Notes: generated by a model not told the origin, from the sequence alone. Positions 8,673 through 18,346 are shown, numbered from the stretch's first letter. The stretch is DNA of 64,000 bases from Candidatus Magasanikiibacteriota bacterium (GCA_003518365.1 DOYU01000022.1:24095-88094), one strand, 5' to 3'. Numbers and translations are program-made.

Positions 8673-9293
8673 ATGAATGTATCAGTCTACAATGTACAAG
8701 GGAAGAAGGAAAAAGACATGGCATTGAATGATGCAATCTTTGGTGTGCCTACAAAAACTGCACTTGTGCATCAGGTATATCATGCGATTGAAGCAAATGC
8801 ACGTGAACCTTGGGCTCATACAAAAACAAAAGACGAAGTTCGTGGTGGTGGAAAAAAACCATGGAAACAAAAGGGGACTGGTCGCGCGCGACATGGATCT
8901 ACTCGTTCTCCAATATGGAAAGGCGGCGGTGTGACGTTTGGTCCACGAAATGTTCGAAATTATACCCAGCGTATCAACAAAAAAATGAAACAGCTTGCAA
9001 CAAAGATGGTGCTTTCTTCCAAAGCAAAGAATGAGAAATTTTTTATTGTTGAAGGGCTTACCGATTTGAAAAAAACAAAAGACATGTCAACCCTCGTGAA
9101 GACATTGCCTCTCAATGGAAAAAGTACCTTGATCATTGGTGGAGAGGGAGAAGATTTTGGATTGATTGTTCGAAATATTCCACAAGTACATTTGCAACGA
9201 GCAATTGATATGAACGTGGTTGATATTTTGCATCATCAATATATTGTTGCTACACAAAAAGCAATAGAAACTCTTGAATCACGTTTGGCATAA
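8673..9293 (+). CDS. rplD: 50S ribosomal protein L4. The true start is the Met at 8673, and the track's upstream Lys-rich extension is an artefact of an overlapping frame.
   Basis: GGGKKPWKQKGTGRARHGS is the uL4 signature. Confidence 0.9.
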   Translation: MNVSVYNVQGKKEKDMALNDAIFGVPTKTALVHQVYHAIEANAREPWAHTKTKDEVRGGGKKPWKQKGTGRARHGSTRSPIWKGGGVTFGPRNVRNYTQRINKKMKQLATKMVLSSKAKNEKFFIVEGLTDLKKTKDMSTLVKTLPLNGKSTLIIGGEGEDFGLIVRNIPQVHLQRAIDMNVVDILHHQYIVATQKAIETLESRLA

Positions 9294-9298
9294 TTGCT

Positions 9299-9679
9299 AT
9301 GGGAATTTTGAAACGAAAGACAACTGATACAAAAGCAAAAAAAGAAACAACACCTGTTTTAGAAGAAAAGAAACGTGTGTCTGTGCAGAATGCATTTGTT
9401 CACAAACGTATCTTACTGGGAGCACATGTCAGTGAAAAAGCGGCAAGTGTGGAATCTACAGGACGGTACACATTCCGTGTGGCAATCAATGCAACCAAAA
9501 ATGATATTTCTACTGAGATAAAAACACACTACGGTATCGCTCCTCTTTCAGTTCGTGTTATCAATGTAGAAGGAAAAAATGTTCGATTTGGTCGAACCCT
9601 GGGCAAGCGAAAAGATTGGAAAAAAGCTATTGTTACTCTGCCAGAAGGAAAGCATATTGATATTCATTCTGGTGTTTAA
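9299..9679 (+). CDS. rplW: 50S ribosomal protein L23 with an N-terminal extension
   Basis: Its position between L4 and L2 plus the conserved core (RVINVEGKNVRFG). Confidence 0.8.
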   Translation: MGILKRKTTDTKAKKETTPVLEEKKRVSVQNAFVHKRILLGAHVSEKAASVESTGRYTFRVAINATKNDISTEIKTHYGIAPLSVRVINVEGKNVRFGRTLGKRKDWKKAIVTLPEGKHIDIHSGV

Positions 9680-9688
9680 TATCCTGGT

Positions 9689-10531
9689 ATGCCGATAAAA
9701 AAATATAAGCCAACAACTCCAGGACGACGCGGTGCTAGTGCACAAGACTTTTCTGATATTACAAAGAAACGCCCTGAGAAATCTCTTACGAAAGTGTTAA
9801 AAAAACACAGTGGAAGAAATAATACAGGAAGTATTACGGTCCGACATCGAGGCGGCGGCGTAAAGAAGTTGTACCGCATGGTTGATTTCAAACGATTTTC
9901 ATTTGATACGCCCGCTACTGTTGAAGCGATCGAATATGATCCAAACCGTGGTGCTCGTATTGCGCTCGTTTCATTTGAAGATAACACAAAAGCATATTAC
10001 ATCGCAGCAAAAGGACAAAAAGTAGGCGATGTAGTCATATCATCACAACAAAAAATAGACGCAACCATTGGAAACCGCATGCCTCTCGAACATATTCCTG
10101 TTGGTCTGTTCGTATACAATGTTGAATTGGCACCAATGACTGGGGGATCTATTGTACGCGGTGCAGGAACAAGTGCGCAGCTTCAAACGATCGAAGGTGC
10201 CTTTGCTCAGTTGAAATTTCCTTCAGGAGAAATTCGTTTGATCCCAAAAGAAGCACTCGCAACTGTTGGGACTGTCAGTAATCCGGAATACAACTTGGTA
10301 CGACTTGGAAAAGCAGGACGCATGCGAAAGAAAGGTTGGAAACCAACAGTCAAGGGACGAGCAATGAATCCTGTAGATCATCCTCACGGAGGAGGGGAAG
10401 GGCGAACCAGTACAGGTCTCAAAGGTGGTCCAAAGACCCCATGGGGAAAGAAAGCAATGGGTGTCAAAACACGAAATAAAAAGAAGGCAAGCAGTAAATT
10501 TATTCTCCACCGCCGTAAAGGCAAGAAATAA
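9689..10531 (+). CDS. rplB: 50S ribosomal protein L2
   Basis: MPIKKYKPTTPGRRG together with the HPHGGGEG motif. Confidence 0.95.
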   Translation: MPIKKYKPTTPGRRGASAQDFSDITKKRPEKSLTKVLKKHSGRNNTGSITVRHRGGGVKKLYRMVDFKRFSFDTPATVEAIEYDPNRGARIALVSFEDNTKAYYIAAKGQKVGDVVISSQQKIDATIGNRMPLEHIPVGLFVYNVELAPMTGGSIVRGAGTSAQLQTIEGAFAQLKFPSGEIRLIPKEALATVGTVSNPEYNLVRLGKAGRMRKKGWKPTVKGRAMNPVDHPHGGGEGRTSTGLKGGPKTPWGKKAMGVKTRNKKKASSKFILHRRKGKK

Positions 10532-10534
10532 TTT

Positions 10535-10610
10535 AGAGAAGGCTTAGAAGGCCTAGAAGGCTCGGAAAGATATTCTTTCTCTGCCTTCCCAAGCCTTCCA
10601 AGTCCTCCAA
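10535..10610. repeat. Long imperfect inverted repeat built from 9-nt agaaggcyt units. It fills an unusual 89-bp rplB-rpsS spacer.
   Basis: agaaggcttagaaggcctagaaggctcggaaaga faces its near-complement tctttctctgccttcccaagccttccaagtcctcc. Confidence 0.6.
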
Positions 10611-10620
10611 GCATACATTT

Positions 10621-10932
10621 ATGTCACGAAGTTTGAAAAAAGGACCTTACGTTGATCCAAAAATCATTGCGAAGGTTCACAAAGCAAAAGCAGATAATGA
10701 TCGTACTCCAATTAAGACATGGTCACGATCCTGCACCATCACGCCAGACATGGTGGGTGTTTCCTTTGCTGTGCACAATGGACGCAAGTTTATTGAGTTC
10801 ACAGTGGATGAAAACATGGTAGGACATAAATTTGGTGAATTTTCTCCAACACGAACCTTTAAGGCACACAGTGGAAAACTTGCAAAAGAAAGCACAACGA
10901 AACCACCAGCACCAAAACCACAGCAAAAATAA
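10621..10932 (+). CDS. rpsS: 30S ribosomal protein S19
   Basis: SLKKGPYVD together with HNGRKF. Confidence 0.95.
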   Translation: MSRSLKKGPYVDPKIIAKVHKAKADNDRTPIKTWSRSCTITPDMVGVSFAVHNGRKFIEFTVDENMVGHKFGEFSPTRTFKAHSGKLAKESTTKPPAPKPQQK

Positions 10933-10961
10933 TTGACAACCAGTAACAAACAGCGTATAGT
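10933..10961 (+). promoter_or_regulatory. Consensus sigma70 promoter: TTGACA, 17-nt spacer, TATAGT, internal to the ribosomal cluster upstream of rplV
   Basis: TTGACA is at 10933-10938 and TATAGT at 10956-10961. Confidence 0.5.
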
Positions 10962-10982
10962 GCGCCCACCTATCACATACAT

Positions 10983-11441
10983 ATGAAACGGCAAGCAACA
11001 GCAAAATTGAACAATCTCCGCGTAGCACCACGAAAAGTGCGGCTGCTTGTTGACCTCATCCGTGGTATGCATGCTGCTGATGCATTGGTACAGCTCAAAT
11101 TTTCAAAAAAACACGCTGCATCATCTGTATTGAAATTACTCCGCAGCGCGGTTGCAAACGCTGAACATAATGCAGATATTGACATTGATACATTGATGGT
11201 AAAAGAAGCATACGTAGACGGTGGTCCGATTTTGTATCGCTGGATGCCACGAGCATTTGGTCGGGCAGGAAAAATCCGTAAGCGTACAAGCCACATTACG
11301 CTCGTGCTCGAAGGTGATGAAAAAGCGACAAAAAAAGCACCTAAAGCATCAACGCAAAAAAAAGAAGAAATGAAAGAAGATGTACAGACAAAGAATGCAG
11401 ATGAAATCCCTGCGAAAAAAGAAAAAAAGGCAAAGAAATAA
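10983..11441 (+). CDS. rplV: 50S ribosomal protein L22 with a Lys-rich C-terminal tail
   Basis: The conserved L22 core (KVRLLVDLIRG...HITLVL). Confidence 0.9.
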   Translation: MKRQATAKLNNLRVAPRKVRLLVDLIRGMHAADALVQLKFSKKHAASSVLKLLRSAVANAEHNADIDIDTLMVKEAYVDGGPILYRWMPRAFGRAGKIRKRTSHITLVLEGDEKATKKAPKASTQKKEEMKEDVQTKNADEIPAKKEKKAKK

Positions 11442-11478
11442 TTCTGCATTCGAAATTCTACATTCAACATTCTGATAT

Positions 11479-12204
11479 ATGGGACATAAAGTTCATCCAA
11501 AAATTCACCGCACTGGTATCATCTACACATGGGACTCTCGTTGGTTCTCAAAAGATGATTATGCTACCTATGCTGAGCAAGATATTGCTATTCGTACGTA
11601 TCTTGGGAAAAAGTTCAAGGATGCGCATATTGATCGCATCAGTATTGAACGTGGTCCAAAGAACGTAACCGTAACTATTTTGGCAGCAAAACCAGGATAT
11701 ATTATTGGACGCGGTGGAAAAGGTTTGGACGATGTCCGAAAATATATCGAACGAAAGATTTTGAAAATGATTCTGAAAGTGAAATTGAATGTCCGTGAAG
11801 TCAGTACACCAGCGCTTTCTGCGATGGTTGTGGGACAATCAATTGCAACTGATCTTGAAAAACGTATTCCATTCCGACGTTCCATGAAACAGTCTATTAA
11901 GCGTGTCATGGAAGCAAACGCAGGTGGTGTCAAAATTCAGGTATCAGGGCGTCTCAATGGCGCTGATATCGCTCGATCTGAAAAACTTGCTGCAGGAAAA
12001 GTTCCATTGATTACGCTTCGTGGTGATGTAGATTACGGAAGAGTTGAAGCGCATACCACATACGGTGTTATCGGTGTGAAGGTATGGATCTATCATGGGG
12101 AAGTATTTGGTCGAAAAGACGTGTTTGATATAGCTGATGAACCAAAAACACAAACAGCACGTCGCCGAAAGCGACCTGCAAGACGACTGTCTGATAAGAA
12201 CTAA
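11479..12204 (+). CDS. rpsC: 30S ribosomal protein S3
   Basis: MGHKVHPKIHRTG plus a KH domain. Confidence 0.95.
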   Translation: MGHKVHPKIHRTGIIYTWDSRWFSKDDYATYAEQDIAIRTYLGKKFKDAHIDRISIERGPKNVTVTILAAKPGYIIGRGGKGLDDVRKYIERKILKMILKVKLNVREVSTPALSAMVVGQSIATDLEKRIPFRRSMKQSIKRVMEANAGGVKIQVSGRLNGADIARSEKLAAGKVPLITLRGDVDYGRVEAHTTYGVIGVKVWIYHGEVFGRKDVFDIADEPKTQTARRRKRPARRLSDKN

Positions 12205-12212
12205 GAAACGGT

Positions 12213-12623
12213 ATGCTTATCCCAAAAAAAGTAAAACACAGAAAATGGCATAAACCGCGACGCGGGAATAAAGGTACCGCGAGCCGTACAAACACGATTG
12301 CTTTTGGTACGGTCGGTGTTGTGGCAACAACGCATAGTTGGGTCACATCACGACAGATCGAATCTGCTCGTCGTGTCTTGACTCGGTACGTCCGCCGTGG
12401 TGGAAAGGTCTGGATTCGTATTTTCCCAGATCGACCAGTCACCAAAAAAGGTTCTGAAGTACCTATGGGAAAAGGAAAAGGCGCACCTGATCATTATGTC
12501 TGTACGGTAAAGCCAGGAACTGTCATGTTTGAAATGGGTGGTCTCCCTGTAGAAAAAGCACAAGAAGCATTGGAATTCGCGGGGCATAAATTGCCAGTAA
12601 AAACAAAAATTATTACGAAGTAA
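12213..12623 (+). CDS. rplP: 50S ribosomal protein L16
   Basis: MLIPKKVKHRK. Confidence 0.95.
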   Translation: MLIPKKVKHRKWHKPRRGNKGTASRTNTIAFGTVGVVATTHSWVTSRQIESARRVLTRYVRRGGKVWIRIFPDRPVTKKGSEVPMGKGKGAPDHYVCTVKPGTVMFEMGGLPVEKAQEALEFAGHKLPVKTKIITK

Positions 12624-12626
12624 TAT

Positions 12627-12821
12627 ATGGAACTTGTAGAATTGAAGCAAAAAACAGGAGATGATTTGAAGACTTTGCTCATCGAGCAACGTGCTCATTT
12701 AAAAGAGCTTCAATTTCAGGCACATGAAGGGCAGCTCAAGCAAATCCATACCATTAAGCAGACAAAAAAAGTGATTGCCCAAATTTTGACACTGCTTAAT
12801 GTAGCGGCATCAAAGCAATAA
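12627..12821 (+). CDS. rpmC: 50S ribosomal protein L29
   Basis: Its size, position and coiled helical sequence. Confidence 0.8.
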   Translation: MELVELKQKTGDDLKTLLIEQRAHLKELQFQAHEGQLKQIHTIKQTKKVIAQILTLLNVAASKQ

Positions 12822-12828
12822 AGATTTT

Positions 12829-13110
12829 ATGACTACGAAGAATCACACAACACAAACTCCAAAAGTTATCAAGCGAGAATTCGAAGGTACTGTTGTTTCT
12901 GCAAAGGAACAAAAAACAGTCCATGTTCGTGTGGAAACTGTAAAAATGCATCCAAAGTATAAAAAACAGTATGTCACAAGTCGAAAATACGCAGTGCATG
13001 ATGAAAAAGGGACTGTGCAGGAAGGTGATGTTGTCCGATTTCAAGAATGCCGCCCATATAGCAAGACAAAACGATGGTTTGTGATTTCAGTTGTAAAGAA
13101 AACTGCATAA
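12829..13110 (+). CDS. rpsQ: 30S ribosomal protein S17
   Basis: EGTVVSAKEQKTVHVRVE. Confidence 0.9.
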   Translation: MTTKNHTTQTPKVIKREFEGTVVSAKEQKTVHVRVETVKMHPKYKKQYVTSRKYAVHDEKGTVQEGDVVRFQECRPYSKTKRWFVISVVKKTA

Positions 13111-13120
13111 TTCGTGAGAT

Positions 13121-13492
13121 ATGATCCAAGAAGAATCAGTGCTCAAAGTAGCCGACAATTCAGGAGCAAAGAGATTGAAGGTAATCCGCGTGCTCGGTGG
13201 ATTTAAAAAACGATATGCGCATATCGGTGACATTGTGACATGTGCAGTGAAAGAAGCAGCGCCACGTGCTGCCATCAAAAAAGGTGATGTTGTTCATGCT
13301 GTATTGGTTCGCCAACGAAAAGAAATTCGACGAAAAGATGGTACCTATATCCGATTTGATGAAAATGCTGCCGTTGTTGTTGATAAGAAAAATAAAGAAC
13401 CAAAGGGAACACGTATTTTTGGACCAGTTGCTCGAGAGCTTCGCGTAAAGGGATTCCAGAAAATTGTTTCTTTGGCACCTGAAGTACTCTAA
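13121..13492 (+). CDS. rplN: 50S ribosomal protein L14
   Basis: [17 protein letters not shown]. Confidence 0.95.
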   Translation: MIQEESVLKVADNSGAKRLKVIRVLGGFKKRYAHIGDIVTCAVKEAAPRAAIKKGDVVHAVLVRQRKEIRRKDGTYIRFDENAAVVVDKKNKEPKGTRIFGPVARELRVKGFQKIVSLAPEVL

Positions 13493-13499
13493 CATTTGT

Positions 13500-13820
13500 A
13501 TGAAGATAAAAACAGGCGACAATGTAAAAATTCTTTCTGGAAAAGATAACGGAAAGACAGGAAAAGTTACACAAACTCTTTTTCACGAACAAAAGCAGCG
13601 ATGGTTTGTCGTCGTCGAGGGATTGAATGCGATGAAACGACACATGAAACCACGACAGCGTGGAGAGAAAGGGCAAGTGTTGGAACTTTCACGTCCCATT
13701 GATGCAAGTAATGTTATGGTTATTGACCCTGCATCAAAAAAACCAACTCGCGTTGGATATAAAAAAGAAGGTTCAACAAAAAAACGTATAGCTAAAGTAA
13801 GTGGTGAATACCTCGATTAG
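13500..13820 (+). CDS. rplX: 50S ribosomal protein L24. The true start is MKIKTGD at 13500.
   Basis: A KOW motif (KIKTGDNVKILSGKDNGKTGKV). Confidence 0.9.
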   Translation: MKIKTGDNVKILSGKDNGKTGKVTQTLFHEQKQRWFVVVEGLNAMKRHMKPRQRGEKGQVLELSRPIDASNVMVIDPASKKPTRVGYKKEGSTKKRIAKVSGEYLD

Positions 13821-13824
13821 TTTT

Positions 13825-14373
13825 ATGACAGAGCCAACACTCTACACACAATATAAAACGACTGTTGCACCAAAACTGCAAGAACAGTTTGGGTACAAAA
13901 ATGTTATGCAAGTACCACGCATTAAAAAAGTTGTGGTCAATGTTGGCTATGGTCGACATGTAAAGGATAAACAGTATATTGAGCAAATTGAAAAGACACT
14001 GACACAGATTACAGGACAAAAGCCAGTACATAATAAATCGAAAAAAGCTATTTCAAATTTTAAAATCAGAGAGGGGATGAATATTGGTGTATCCGTAACT
14101 CTGAGAGGGCGATCCATGTACGAATTTTTAAACAAATTGATTCATATTACATTTCCACGGGTGCGAGATTTTCGAGGTATTAGTCCAAAAAGTTTTGACG
14201 CACAGGGAAATTATGCTATAGGATTTAAAGAAAACATTGCATTTCCGGAAATTGGTGGCGACGCCGTAGAACGCATGCATGGGCTTGAAGTCGTGATAAC
14301 TACTACGGCGATCAACAAAAAAGAAGGACTCGCACTTTTGAAAGAAATTGGATTCCCATTTCGGGACAAATAA
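13825..14373 (+). CDS. rplE: 50S ribosomal protein L5. The likely start is at 13825, while the track ORF begins at 13801.
   Basis: FGYKNVMQVPRIKKVVVNVG. Confidence 0.9.
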   Translation: MTEPTLYTQYKTTVAPKLQEQFGYKNVMQVPRIKKVVVNVGYGRHVKDKQYIEQIEKTLTQITGQKPVHNKSKKAISNFKIREGMNIGVSVTLRGRSMYEFLNKLIHITFPRVRDFRGISPKSFDAQGNYAIGFKENIAFPEIGGDAVERMHGLEVVITTTAINKKEGLALLKEIGFPFRDK

Positions 14374-14382
14374 TATAGTGTT

Positions 14383-14568
14383 ATGGCAACAAAAGGACAA
14401 ATAGCAAAATCAAAACGTATTCCAAAGTTTAGTACTCGACTCGTGCGACGATGCTGGAATTGTGGACGAAAACGAGCATTTATGAGAAAATTTGGATTGT
14501 GCCGTATTTGTTTCCGGGAAATGGCAAACGATGGAAAACTCCCGGGTGTCCGTAAATCAAGCTGGTAA
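14383..14568 (+). CDS. rpsN: 30S ribosomal protein S14, zinc-ribbon type (type Z), 61 aa
   Basis: The [10 protein letters not shown]...CRIC Zn-finger. Confidence 0.9.
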   Translation: MATKGQIAKSKRIPKFSTRLVRRCWNCGRKRAFMRKFGLCRICFREMANDGKLPGVRKSSW

Positions 14569-14580
14569 GACGATTATTCT

Positions 14581-14970
14581 ATGATGACAGACCCAATCGC
14601 AGACATGCTCACACGTATCAGAAACGCTGCAAAATCACGCAAGCGTACTACTGAAGTACCTGTATCTAAGGTAAAAAGAGCTCTTGCAGATCTTCTCAAA
14701 GCAGAAGGCTATCTTCAAGACGTTGCAGAAATTGATGGCAACCCACGTATGCTTGTATTGACATTGGCGTACCAGGGAAAACAATCAAAAATTCAATCTA
14801 TTACTCGTGAAAGCAAGCCTGGACATCGGGTATACCGAAAATCTGATGAGATGCCTCGTGTTTTGAATGATTATGGTATCGCGATTGTGTCAACATCAAA
14901 AGGAATCATGACAAATAAGCAAGCGCGACAAGATGGTGTTGGGGGCGAAGTGCTTTGTAGTATCTATTAA
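14581..14970 (+). CDS. rpsH: 30S ribosomal protein S8
   Basis: DPIADMLTRIRNA. Confidence 0.95.
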   Translation: MMTDPIADMLTRIRNAAKSRKRTTEVPVSKVKRALADLLKAEGYLQDVAEIDGNPRMLVLTLAYQGKQSKIQSITRESKPGHRVYRKSDEMPRVLNDYGIAIVSTSKGIMTNKQARQDGVGGEVLCSIY

Positions 14971-14973
14971 TGT

Positions 14974-15522
14974 ATGTCACGTATAGGAAAAAAGACAATT
15001 GAGATCCCGCAAGGCGTCACGGTGACGATTGCCAATGATGTGGTGAAAGTCCAAGGTCCAAAAGGGACGCTCGAAAGGCGTATTCATCCACTCGTGAGTG
15101 TGTCAGTCACGGACAATGTTGTGGCAGTTGATGTGGTACAAAAAGAAGAAAAGAAAGAGCGTTCACTCTGGGGAACGTTTGGTGCACATATTCGAAACAT
15201 GATTGAGGGAGTAACCACTGGATTTAAAAAAGAATTGGAAGTCAACGGCGTAGGATATAAAGTGGCGATGCAAGGAACGGACCTTAAATTAGATCTTGGT
15301 TTTTCTCATCCTGTTATCTATAAGATTCCCGCAACTGTCCAAGCGAGTGTTGAGAAAAATGTTATGACGCTTGTCAGTGCTGATAAAGAATTATTGGGCG
15401 CTACGGCAGCAGAGATTCGTTCTATCCGTAAACCTGAACCATATAAAGGAAAGGGAATTAAGTATATGGAAGAACAGATTCGACGCAAAGCAGGAAAAGC
15501 TGCAAAGGCAGCTGGTGCGTAA
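14974..15522 (+). CDS. rplF: 50S ribosomal protein L6
   Basis: MSRIGKKTIEIPQGV. Confidence 0.95.
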   Translation: MSRIGKKTIEIPQGVTVTIANDVVKVQGPKGTLERRIHPLVSVSVTDNVVAVDVVQKEEKKERSLWGTFGAHIRNMIEGVTTGFKKELEVNGVGYKVAMQGTDLKLDLGFSHPVIYKIPATVQASVEKNVMTLVSADKELLGATAAEIRSIRKPEPYKGKGIKYMEEQIRRKAGKAAKAAGA

Positions 15523-15539
15523 TTCTCCATACATATTCT

Positions 15540-15917
15540 ATGAATACTAAACATCAGACAAAAGAACAAAAACGAGCTCGTCGACGCGTGCGTGTTCGTG
15601 CTCGTGTTGAAGGCACTGCGCTTCGTCCACGACTTTGTGTATTTCGGAGTCTTCGTGGGATGTATGTCCAGCTTATTGACGATGTCGCTAGTCTTACGCT
15701 TGTGAGTGTGCATAGTAAAAAAGATGCTTCTCTTGATGTTGACGCAGGAGATCGAACTGGCAAAGAAGCGCGTGCCTATGTGCTTGGAAAAGTCCTTGCT
15801 GAAAAAGCTCAAAAAGCAAACATTACAACGGTCGTTTTTGATCGTGGTGGGTATGCATACCATGGACGTGTGAAGGCTGTTGCAGATGGTGCACGAGATG
15901 GTGGTTTGATATTCTAA
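15540..15917 (+). CDS. rplR: 50S ribosomal protein L18
   Basis: RPRLCVFRSLRGMYVQLIDD. Confidence 0.9.
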   Translation: MNTKHQTKEQKRARRRVRVRARVEGTALRPRLCVFRSLRGMYVQLIDDVASLTLVSVHSKKDASLDVDAGDRTGKEARAYVLGKVLAEKAQKANITTVVFDRGGYAYHGRVKAVADGARDGGLIF

Positions 15918-15929
15918 TTTCGATTTCAT

Positions 15930-16523
15930 ATGGCACAACCAGAAGGAAAACGAAGACGTGGCTCTCGAGCCCCAAAAGAAAAACCAGAGTTTGACCAACA
16001 AATTGTTGATCTTGCTCGTGTAACTCGTGTTACAAAAGGTGGAAAACAAATGAGTTTCCGATGTTGTGTTCTTATTGGTGATCGAAATGGGCGTGTTGGG
16101 TATGGTATTCAAAAAGGAAAAGATGTCCAGATCGCTGTAGAAAAAGCAGTTCGACAGGCAAAGAAGCATATGATCCTTGTGCCCCTTATCAAGGAAACAT
16201 TGCCACATACGGTGCATGCGAAATTTAAAGCGGCTGATGTTATGCTCAAACCGGCACCAAAAGGGTCTGGTATTATTGCAGGATCAGTAATTCGCACGGT
16301 GCTTGAAATGGCAGGCGTCCCAAATGCTTCATCAAAAATGCTTGGGAAGACAAATAATAAAATCAACAATATCAAAGCAACCTTTGATGCATTGCAATCG
16401 TTTCATGTCAAAGAAAAAGGATCTAAAAAAGCTTCTAAAAAAATAGACGAAACGAATGACATCTCGAACAAGACTGTTCAGGATCCAAAAGCAACTGTAT
16501 CTGAAGAAAAGAAATCAGTATAA
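15930..16523 (+). CDS. rpsE: 30S ribosomal protein S5 with a ~40-aa Lys-rich C-terminal tail
   Basis: VTRVTKGGKQMSFRCCVLIGDRNGRVGYG. Confidence 0.9.
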   Translation: MAQPEGKRRRGSRAPKEKPEFDQQIVDLARVTRVTKGGKQMSFRCCVLIGDRNGRVGYGIQKGKDVQIAVEKAVRQAKKHMILVPLIKETLPHTVHAKFKAADVMLKPAPKGSGIIAGSVIRTVLEMAGVPNASSKMLGKTNNKINNIKATFDALQSFHVKEKGSKKASKKIDETNDISNKTVQDPKATVSEEKKSV

Positions 16524-16527
16524 TTAT

Positions 16528-16971
16528 ATGGCAATTGGTGCACACACAATTTCAAAAGCATTCGGATCAGCACGACAAAAAAAACGTGTTGGTCGTGGGA
16601 ATGGATCACAAAAAGGAACCACCGCAGCTCGTGGTACGAAAGGCCAACGAGCTCGTTCTGGTGGAAAGAGTAGAACCGCTGTTCGGGGAATGAAGCAATC
16701 TCTTCTCAAAGTTCCAAAACTTCGTGGATTTACGAGTATGCATCCAAAGGCACAGGCTGTGTCACTTCGAACACTGAATCGTGTCGCAGAAGAACATGTT
16801 TTGGTGACACCTTCATTTCTCAAAAGCAAAAGTGTTATCAAGAACATCTCACATCCTGTAAAGATTGTTGCCGGTGGTACATTGACGAAGAACGTCACAC
16901 TGCAGGGATGTGTTGCAACAAAGGCTGCGACCGCTGCAATTGAGCAAGCAGGCGGCTCTCTTCGTTTCTAA
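16528..16971 (+). CDS. rplO: 50S ribosomal protein L15. The true start is at 16528, immediately after rpsE, so no L30 gene lies between them.
   Basis: The Gly/Arg/Lys-rich N-terminus (KKRVGRGNGSQKGTTAARGTKGQRARSGG). Confidence 0.9.
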   Translation: MAIGAHTISKAFGSARQKKRVGRGNGSQKGTTAARGTKGQRARSGGKSRTAVRGMKQSLLKVPKLRGFTSMHPKAQAVSLRTLNRVAEEHVLVTPSFLKSKSVIKNISHPVKIVAGGTLTKNVTLQGCVATKAATAAIEQAGGSLRF

Positions 16972-17000
16972 GAATACTGATGGTCAGTATTCTTTGTGTG
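16972..17000 (+). promoter_or_regulatory. Perfect 9-bp hairpin (gaatactga tgg tcagtattc) followed by a T-rich stretch in the 94-bp rplO-secY spacer. It may be an attenuator or partial terminator.
   Basis: Read directly from the sequence. Confidence 0.45.
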
Positions 17001-17065
17001 TGATATCATGCACATGTTATCGGGTTGGGTTGCTCTACTCATCTCCATCATCACATTAGCTTTGT

Positions 17066-18346
17066 ATGTTAGAAACACTCCGCCGTATTTGGAAAATTAA
17101 AAATCTTCGTCAGAACATCCTGTTTGTCCTTGGGATGCTTGTTATTTTTCGTGCAGCTGCACATATTCCTGTCCCAGGAGTAGATATTGAAGCACTTCGA
17201 GGTTTTTTGTCTGGCAATCAGGTGCTTGGGTTATTGAATATTTTTTCAGGTGGTACGATTGAAAATTTTTCTATTGTGATGCTTGGTGTTGGTCCATATA
17301 TTACGGCGTCCATTATTTTTCAAGTGTTGACAATGGCGCTCCCTCAGTTGGAAGAATTGCAAAAAGAAGGGGAGTCTGGACAGCGAAAAATCAACATGTA
17401 TACCCGTATTGCAAGTATTCCTCTGGCTATTCTCCAGGCGTTTGCCTTGTTGCGTTTGCTTGGTTCTACCGCAAGCCAGGCTGGTGGCAATATCCTTGGT
17501 ATTTCATCTCCCTTTCAATGGGTTGCGATGATTACTGCTGTCACCGCTGGAACCGTCTTCCTTATGTGGATTGGTGAACTTATTACTGAAAAAAATATCG
17601 GCAATGGTATTTCTATTTTGATCTTTTCTGCCATTGTTTCTGGACTGCCAACGACCATTCAAAACCTTGTGGTAAATTACAACCCTGCGGATTTGACAAC
17701 GTATATTTTATTTGTGGCAGTTGCATTAGTGACGATCGTTGGCGTCGTGTACATTACTGAAGGACAACGCAATATCCCTATTACCTATGCGCGACAAGTG
17801 CGTGGACGTGCTGCTGCTGGTATGAAAAACCATCTGCCGCTTCGTCTGAACATGGCCGGTGTGATCCCTATTATCTTTGCCGTATCTGTCGTACTCTTTC
17901 CACCAATGATTGCACAGTTTTTTTCAAACAATCCTGGAACAGGTGGGGCAATAGCACGAGGCATTATTACCTTTTTCAATAATCAACTATATTACGGGTT
18001 GCTGTATTTCATTCTTGTATTTGGGTTCACCTATTTTTATACTGCGATTATCTTCCGACCAGATAAAATGGCTGAAAACCTACAACGACAAGGTGCCTTT
18101 ATTGCCAATGTTCGTCCAGGCAAGCAAACAGAAGAATATCTTGGCAAGGTCATGAATCGTCTTGTCTTTAGTGGAGCGCTTTTTCTTGCGCTTATCGCTG
18201 TCTTGCCACTCATTGTTCAGGCATTTACTCGTTCACAAGTATTGGCTGTGGGTGGTATCAGTCTTCTCATTGTGGTGAGCGTTGCTATTGAAATGGCAAA
18301 GCAAGTACAAGCTCAGCTCACGATGCATGAATACGATAGAGTGTAA
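17066..18346 (+). CDS. secY: Preprotein translocase subunit SecY
   Basis: Ten TM helices and conserved SecY motifs. Confidence 0.95.
   Translation: MLETLRRIWKIKNLRQNILFVLGMLVIFRAAAHIPVPGVDIEALRGFLSGNQVLGLLNIFSGGTIENFSIVMLGVGPYITASIIFQVLTMALPQLEELQKEGESGQRKINMYTRIASIPLAILQAFALLRLLGSTASQAGGNILGISSPFQWVAMITAVTAGTVFLMWIGELITEKNIGNGISILIFSAIVSGLPTTIQNLVVNYNPADLTTYILFVAVALVTIVGVVYITEGQRNIPITYARQVRGRAAAGMKNHLPLRLNMAGVIPIIFAVSVVLFPPMIAQFFSNNPGTGGAIARGIITFFNNQLYYGLLYFILVFGFTYFYTAIIFRPDKMAENLQRQGAFIANVRPGKQTEEYLGKVMNRLVFSGALFLALIAVLPLIVQAFTRSQVLAVGGISLLIVVSVAIEMAKQVQAQLTMHEYDRV

Noticed and set aside
15318-16217. 299-aa ORF antisense to rplF, rplR and rpsE
   Set aside because: It lies entirely opposite strongly conserved ribosomal protein genes, is low-complexity and has no RBS or known family. 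It is a typical shadow ORF. The same reasoning applies to 6396..6902, 49313..50110, 47161..47739 and similar antisense ORFs in the track.
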